Source: the human T2T-CHM13v2.0 reference genome, Homo sapiens. Taken from it: a DNA stretch of 64,000 nucleotides. Shown here piece by piece: positions 57,946-64,000 of this stretch. The notes beneath the pieces were generated by a model. The model did no database searches. It was not told the DNA's origin and worked only from the letters and a program-made list of their open reading frames with translations. How positions within the stretch are numbered: position 1 is the stretch's first letter; each line of letters begins with the position of its first letter. Made by a program: the position numbers and the translations under genes. The stretch lies in assembly GCF_009914755.1 (NCBI RefSeq), contig NC_060926.1; one strand, 5' to 3'.

Positions 57946-59529
57946 TTCTGTGGAGAGATATGGAGGAGCCAAATTATTTGGATATAGATAGCAGATGAAT
58001 AAAAACTTTAGAAACTAGATAGCAAGTGGATTTCTTCTTCTTCCATTGGTCCTTCCTATTTTCATCTGAGTTGGAGGCACTTGTTTTTATTTTACATTTG
58101 TCTGGCGCATGCAGTAGGATAAATGAGATACAGATATGTAAATAAGACCCGGTTTTCCACAGAGAACATCCAGGGCAGAGGTTTTGGGGTTTAGATCTGT
58201 GTAAGACTAGGGGTCTCTAGTCTTACACTGTGACTGGAGCAGCCCAGGATACTTATGCCAAAACAAGTAATTAACACTAAAAAAGAAGAGGAGGAAGAAA
58301 AAGAAGAAGGAGGCAAAGGGAGACAGCCTCTTGTTTCATGCCATACAATAACCATTATTCATTTCTATTACTCCATGTTTAATCTTCATGTAAGAGAGGT
58401 TCTATAGCTTGATTGGAGTCATACAGGTAGTGAGAATTAAGGCTGGGATTTAAATCTAACTCTGTCTCACCCTTTCCCTCAGGTTATCCTGCCCACCTCA
58501 GGCTTTCCAGTGGTATTCTCTTACTACTTAATCTCTGAACATAACATGCTCTTTCACATCTCTTTGTATCTATCATTCCTGCCTGGCAGTCCCTATTCAT
58601 CCACTGCAAAGGTTGCTTCTCATGTGAAGCTTCTCTCAATTCCCACAAATGTGTTTGATTGTCTTCTCTGTCCTTCCATAATAGCCACATGAATCTCTGC
58701 TGCAATGTTTTATTCATTCATCATCCATTCATTCATCTATTCAACTGTTAAATACTGGACATATAAAAGCCTACAGGACAGACATAGTACTCATCCTCAG
58801 AGGAGATTATGACTAGAGAGGATTAATTAGCAAAGTAACCAATATCTTTAAGAAATTTCTTTATTAAATCTCTTTTGACTCATTTGTTCATTCATTTGGC
58901 CATTCGACAAGTGCGTACTATGCTGACAGAGGCCTGATAAACTATTGACACATTTTGGAAAATGCAAATTTACTCATGTTTTAAGTCTGGGAGCATGAAG
59001 TGGGAGAAGTAAGAGATGAAACTGAAGAGAAAGGCATAAACAAGATCATGGTGACCCCTATGGGTCTTACAAAAGAACTGGGACTTTCTCTTCAGGCATC
59101 AGTAAGGCATTGAATGCCTGAAATGGTCAGATATTTATTCTAGTAAAATTACTATGGAGGCAATGTCAAGACTAAATTTGAAGGGTACAGGCTACAAACA
59201 GGAAGACTACTTAGTTTTTGCAAAAAAAAAAAAAGTTTCTGAAGTGAGGTGGAATAAATGAAATGGAGAACAGAAGAGGAATTCATGGTTAGAAATTAGA
59301 ATTTCTGATTAATTAGAACTAGGGGAAGAAATGGAGCAACATAGGCTGACTCATAAATTTCAGACTTTGGATTTCAAACTCATGACGCTTTGCTGAATTA
59401 CTGAGACAGAGATGAGGTCCTGCCCATTGTATCCTCCATTGCCTTATGCTTCTCTGCAAGATGAGTAAGCTCATTTCTTCTGACACCTACTTGGTGTTTT
59501 TGTTGATTGACTTTGGGTAAAAGTGGCAA

Positions 59530-59710
59530 CTGAAGAGAATATTGGATTTGGAATCAGGAGATGAGGCTTTGGAACAAGATCTGCCACAGATATTTTCTAC
59601 ACACTTAGAGAAAGCTTGTGTCTTCCCTAGACCTGTTTCTCATCTGGAAAAGGAAAGAGTTTATCTAAGCTAGGATATTTTGGTTCCCTCTCAGTTCAGT
59701 GATTCTAGGA
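59530..59710 (+). mobile_element. MIR
   Basis: tggatttggaatcaggaga..tttctcatctggaaaa. Confidence 0.6.
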
Positions 59711-60544
59711 TTCTGCTTGGCAGCAGTTGCTTTGTGGTTGAATGCAGTTCTCAAAAGCCAAACATGCGTTTTGTACAAGCAACCTAACTTTAGCAGCAAG
59801 GAAGCCATTTACTGGGATTTGACTTCACATTTTCTTTGTACTTCTCATGCATCTGGTAATTTCCATTGACTTCAAGTTTCGAAGCTTGTCCTGACACCCA
59901 TTCTATTCTCCTGCAAGTCATAACTGACCCGTAGGTTCTGGGTAAATCCTATCCTATGTCTTTCTTTGATCCCCCCCCACCCTGATCTTTATATTTCTAT
60001 CAAAAAGTCAGCAGAGTTCAGTTAACAGATAACTTTTTCTCTACCCCTGAGAATGATTATATATGGGCCAAAATACAGCACTTTTAGCCCTATCATCACA
60101 TGAAACACTCCTTCCTGACCCACTGTGTTCTTTCACAAAAGCTAAGCTCCTTTCTGCACCATGGTTTCAGAAGTGTCTGCCCCCTAATATTTTAAACTGT
60201 GCTTTCTCAGATGAGTCACCAATTTAACTCTTGCCTTCATCTTTCTTATTCAGATTTTAGCTAATATTCCAGCTGAAAATTCTTTGAGCGTATTCAAGTT
60301 AGTCCTTTCAAAAAAGCAATCAAATACAGTCCATAGAATTTTACAAGTAGTTTAATAAAGGTGTCCATACACCCTGGGATCCTTGCCAGTCACTGGCTCC
60401 AGCTGAATACTCAGGGATTTTCCTTTGTTTGTTTCTCTTCTGCCCATTCATTTTCCATGCTGTAATCTTTGGGTTGGATGTGGAAAAGAGCCTTGCCACT
60501 TATGGAAGACTTCGTTATTTCATGAAAACTAAGCTATCAAACTT

Positions 60545-60895
<351 letters not shown>

Positions 60896-61265
60896 TATTA
60901 AACTTTTTGTAGGAGATGGCCAAGAGCTGAACCTCTTCCTTCTGGATTGCAGGTACTGGGAAGGTAGAAATGCAGGCTGGTTGCTGGTCACCTCCCAACC
61001 CGGGAGGGAAGCAGAGGAGGAATTCAGATTCCTAAAGTCAGGAGAAAATAAGAATAAAAGGGCATCCATCATTAGCTTAAAATACAAGGGACTACCTACC
61101 TCTGAATAATTTGAAGGTTAAATCATTGAAGACAGTCCATAAAATAATTGAAATAACACAATAGTGGGAGTTAGGAAACCTGGTTGTTTTTCTAAGTGTA
61201 GTTCGACCTTTGTCACTCTAGACTACTTACTCTCTTTGGACCTCAACCTTCTCAACCTTATATAG

Positions 61266-61602
<337 letters not shown>

Positions 61603-62692
61603 CGATTTCACAAATATCTTTACAAGTTCTCATATGTTAATATATAAGTTAATATGATAACCTATAAGAGATCTCTATTTAACATTCACTTGTTACCATA
61701 GAAACTTGTAAATTATAGGAATATGCTTATCATTCCATTATTATAACTTAAAAATAAATTTTTTTGCATATTATTTGTCCCTCTCATTGGGTCATTGGTT
61801 TGTATAGGAAATAAGCCATTTCTTTTTCATCTCCATATCCTGATACTTAACATGGTTTCTGCATATAGTCCACACTTTTTATTCATTTGTAAGCAGCAAG
61901 AGAGGAAAACAATTGTCTTCATTTTTTGCAGTAACTAGTTGTAATTATAGAGTGTGTTTAATTTTGCATCTCTGCTTTCTCCACTTAGCGTATCATAAGT
62001 AATTTGCCATGTTTCAACATTGCATTCACAATTTTATGTTCCACTCAGTTAATGTGCCATGATTTACTATCCATTTCCCTAGTGGGAAATGGTTATAGTG
62101 CTAGAGTTTCTACTATTATTAAAATGAAAATGCAATAAATATGTGTCTGTATGTAACTTTTTCCTCTTGGGTTATTTCTTTAAGATACCTTCCCCTGGAA
62201 TCAAAAGTTTATATTTAATTATTTATTTCTAGTGTTTTCTGGTGGGTTATATTAACATGCAGTTTTGCTGTATTTGATTATTTGTAGGTGTAAACTTGGC
62301 CATTGATATTTAATATTTTGTTCATATTCTATTGATGTTCATTGCTCAGCCTGCCAGCATAATCCTCTTCCCATTTATTTTTAAGCAATGTTAATACTTA
62401 AAAGACACGTATGTTGAATATATAGTCCCATGTTGTTATTTTTACTTTTTCTGTTTTTTTAGATTCCCTAAACTGTGAATCTTTATGTAGTTATATCTAT
62501 CAGTCTTATCTTTTATAGTTTCTGTCTTTGCTTTTATTTAGAGAGTCCATCTTGACCTTAATAATCAGGTTAAACATACTTCTATCAGTTTACTATTTGT
62601 GTTTACTCTTTTCTATTCATACTCTTTAATCATTTCTGTCTTCTGTCTCTGATGGTTTCCTTAATAACTGGTATTTGCTTTAGATACAAATA

Positions 62693-62995
62693 CAGTCATG
62701 CATCACTTAATGACAGAAACATGTTCTGAGAAATGTATCATTGTGCAAACATCATAGAGAGTCCTTACACATACCTAGACGGCATAGCCTACTACACACC
62801 TGCCTATAGGCTACAAGCCTGTACAGCAGGTTACTGTACTGAGTACTGTAGGCAATTGTAACACAATAGTATTTGTATATTTAAATATATCTAAACATGG
62901 AAAATGTACAGTAAAAATATATTATACTTTTATGGGACCACCATCATATATATAGTCCATTGTTGAGTGAACCGTCACTCTGAGGCACATGACAT
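62693..62995 (+). mobile_element. Tigger3/MER7-type TcMar DNA transposon
   Basis: TIRs cagtcatgc...gcacatgacat flanked by TA; internal acctagacggcatagcctactacacacct. Confidence 0.85.
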
Positions 62996-63334
62996 TATAT
63001 ACACATACATAGCTATTAACCTTTTGTCTATATTTTCAGTTTCTGATAGTTTTCTTTGATAGTTTTTGTATTGAACTTTTGATTCCAAATGTTAATGATT
63101 TTTTAAAAGATGGCATATGGTATGGTTCTTACTTTTTTTATTGAACTGCTATCAAGAGGTGATTATGTCACTTATAAATTATATTTCCTCTATTTCCCCC
63201 TTGTTCTGAAAAGCTTCCTTGATCATATATTAAGTGAGTCTGTATAGCTGGATCTATTTCTAGACTCTCCATTCTGTTATGCTGATCTATATGTCTATTT
63301 TTGTGCCCATAAATTCTGCATGTATTTGAGGAGA

Positions 63335-63430
63335 CCTCAAATGTCCTCTCTTGAGTCTTTGTTTCTCCAGGCTAAACATTCCCTGTTCTTTCAATGGCTA
63401 CCCTTCTATTTAGCATCCAAGTCCTCTCCC
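63335..63430 (-). mobile_element. L3/CR1 fragment
   Basis: ttctccaggctaaacattccctgttctttcaa. Confidence 0.5.
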
Positions 63431-63639
63431 ATCTGCCCTGGGGACCAGGGGCAGGCAACTGTGAGATAACTGACCAAGCCTCAGGGGACCCCAGAGTTCC
63501 CTCACTTGGGGAAAAAAATGTTACATAAAGGCAGCACCCAGGTGAAAAAGGGAGACTGATGAGCTCTTATGTGGAAATAACGGTTTTTGTCACAGAAAAG
63601 TACTTTTTTGTTTCTCATCTCTAATCTGACAGAATAGTT

Positions 63640-63850
63640 TACAATGGCTAAGGGTCTGTCAGGGTTCAAATCCCAACTCTACCATTTTCTTGTTGTGTAA
63701 CCTTCTCGGTAAGCCTCATTCACCTCAACTGTAATATGACTATATAATGGTATCTACTTCATAAAACGGTTGTAAAGAAGAAGTGAGGTAATCCATGAAC
63801 ACATAGTGAGCACTTGATCATATAAGCTGTTGTTATTACTGCTAAAATAT
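63640..63850 (+). mobile_element. MIR
   Basis: gggttcaaatcccaactctacca..tgtgtaacctt..aagcctca. Confidence 0.75.
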
Positions 63851-64000
63851 CGGTCATATAGATTTATTATTTTATTTAACATTTTGAGGTAGTTATTAAT
63901 ATACACAATTTAATGTTGAATGAACAGGATAAGAAAAACTCAGTAAATTTCCCTTCCCAGCTAGTAGATGTGCTTCAGCAAGTATCTCACCTTGTTTGTC

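Overview
Human/primate genomic DNA: AT-rich, with many Alu, MIR, L2, L1 and MaLR repeats. I recognise it as the RAD51AP2-VSNL1 head-to-head locus (human 2p24). On the minus strand is the giant first coding exon of the meiotic gene RAD51AP2 (ATG at 4177, splice donor after 931) with its CpG/GC-box promoter. Its intron 1 carries a small antisense NACA processed pseudogene split by an Alu. About 20 kb of repeat-rich intergenic DNA follows, then two CpG islands (~24.2-25.2 kb and ~26.0-26.7 kb) forming the VSNL1 promoter, the non-coding VSNL1 exon 1 (donor at 26685) and ~37 kb of VSNL1 intron 1 with no coding exon. I see no foreign or prokaryotic insert, CRISPR array or novel large ORF. The most interesting unexplained signal is a chain of strong minus-strand splice sites: donor 22578, exon 16183-16044, exon 4859/4802-4795, and a textbook acceptor at 4505. 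This chain suggests RAD51AP2 may also be transcribed divergently from the VSNL1 CpG island through upstream non-coding exons. There is also an unexplained perfect 29-bp direct repeat and several palindromic elements. Repeat subfamily calls are by eye and their boundaries are approximate.
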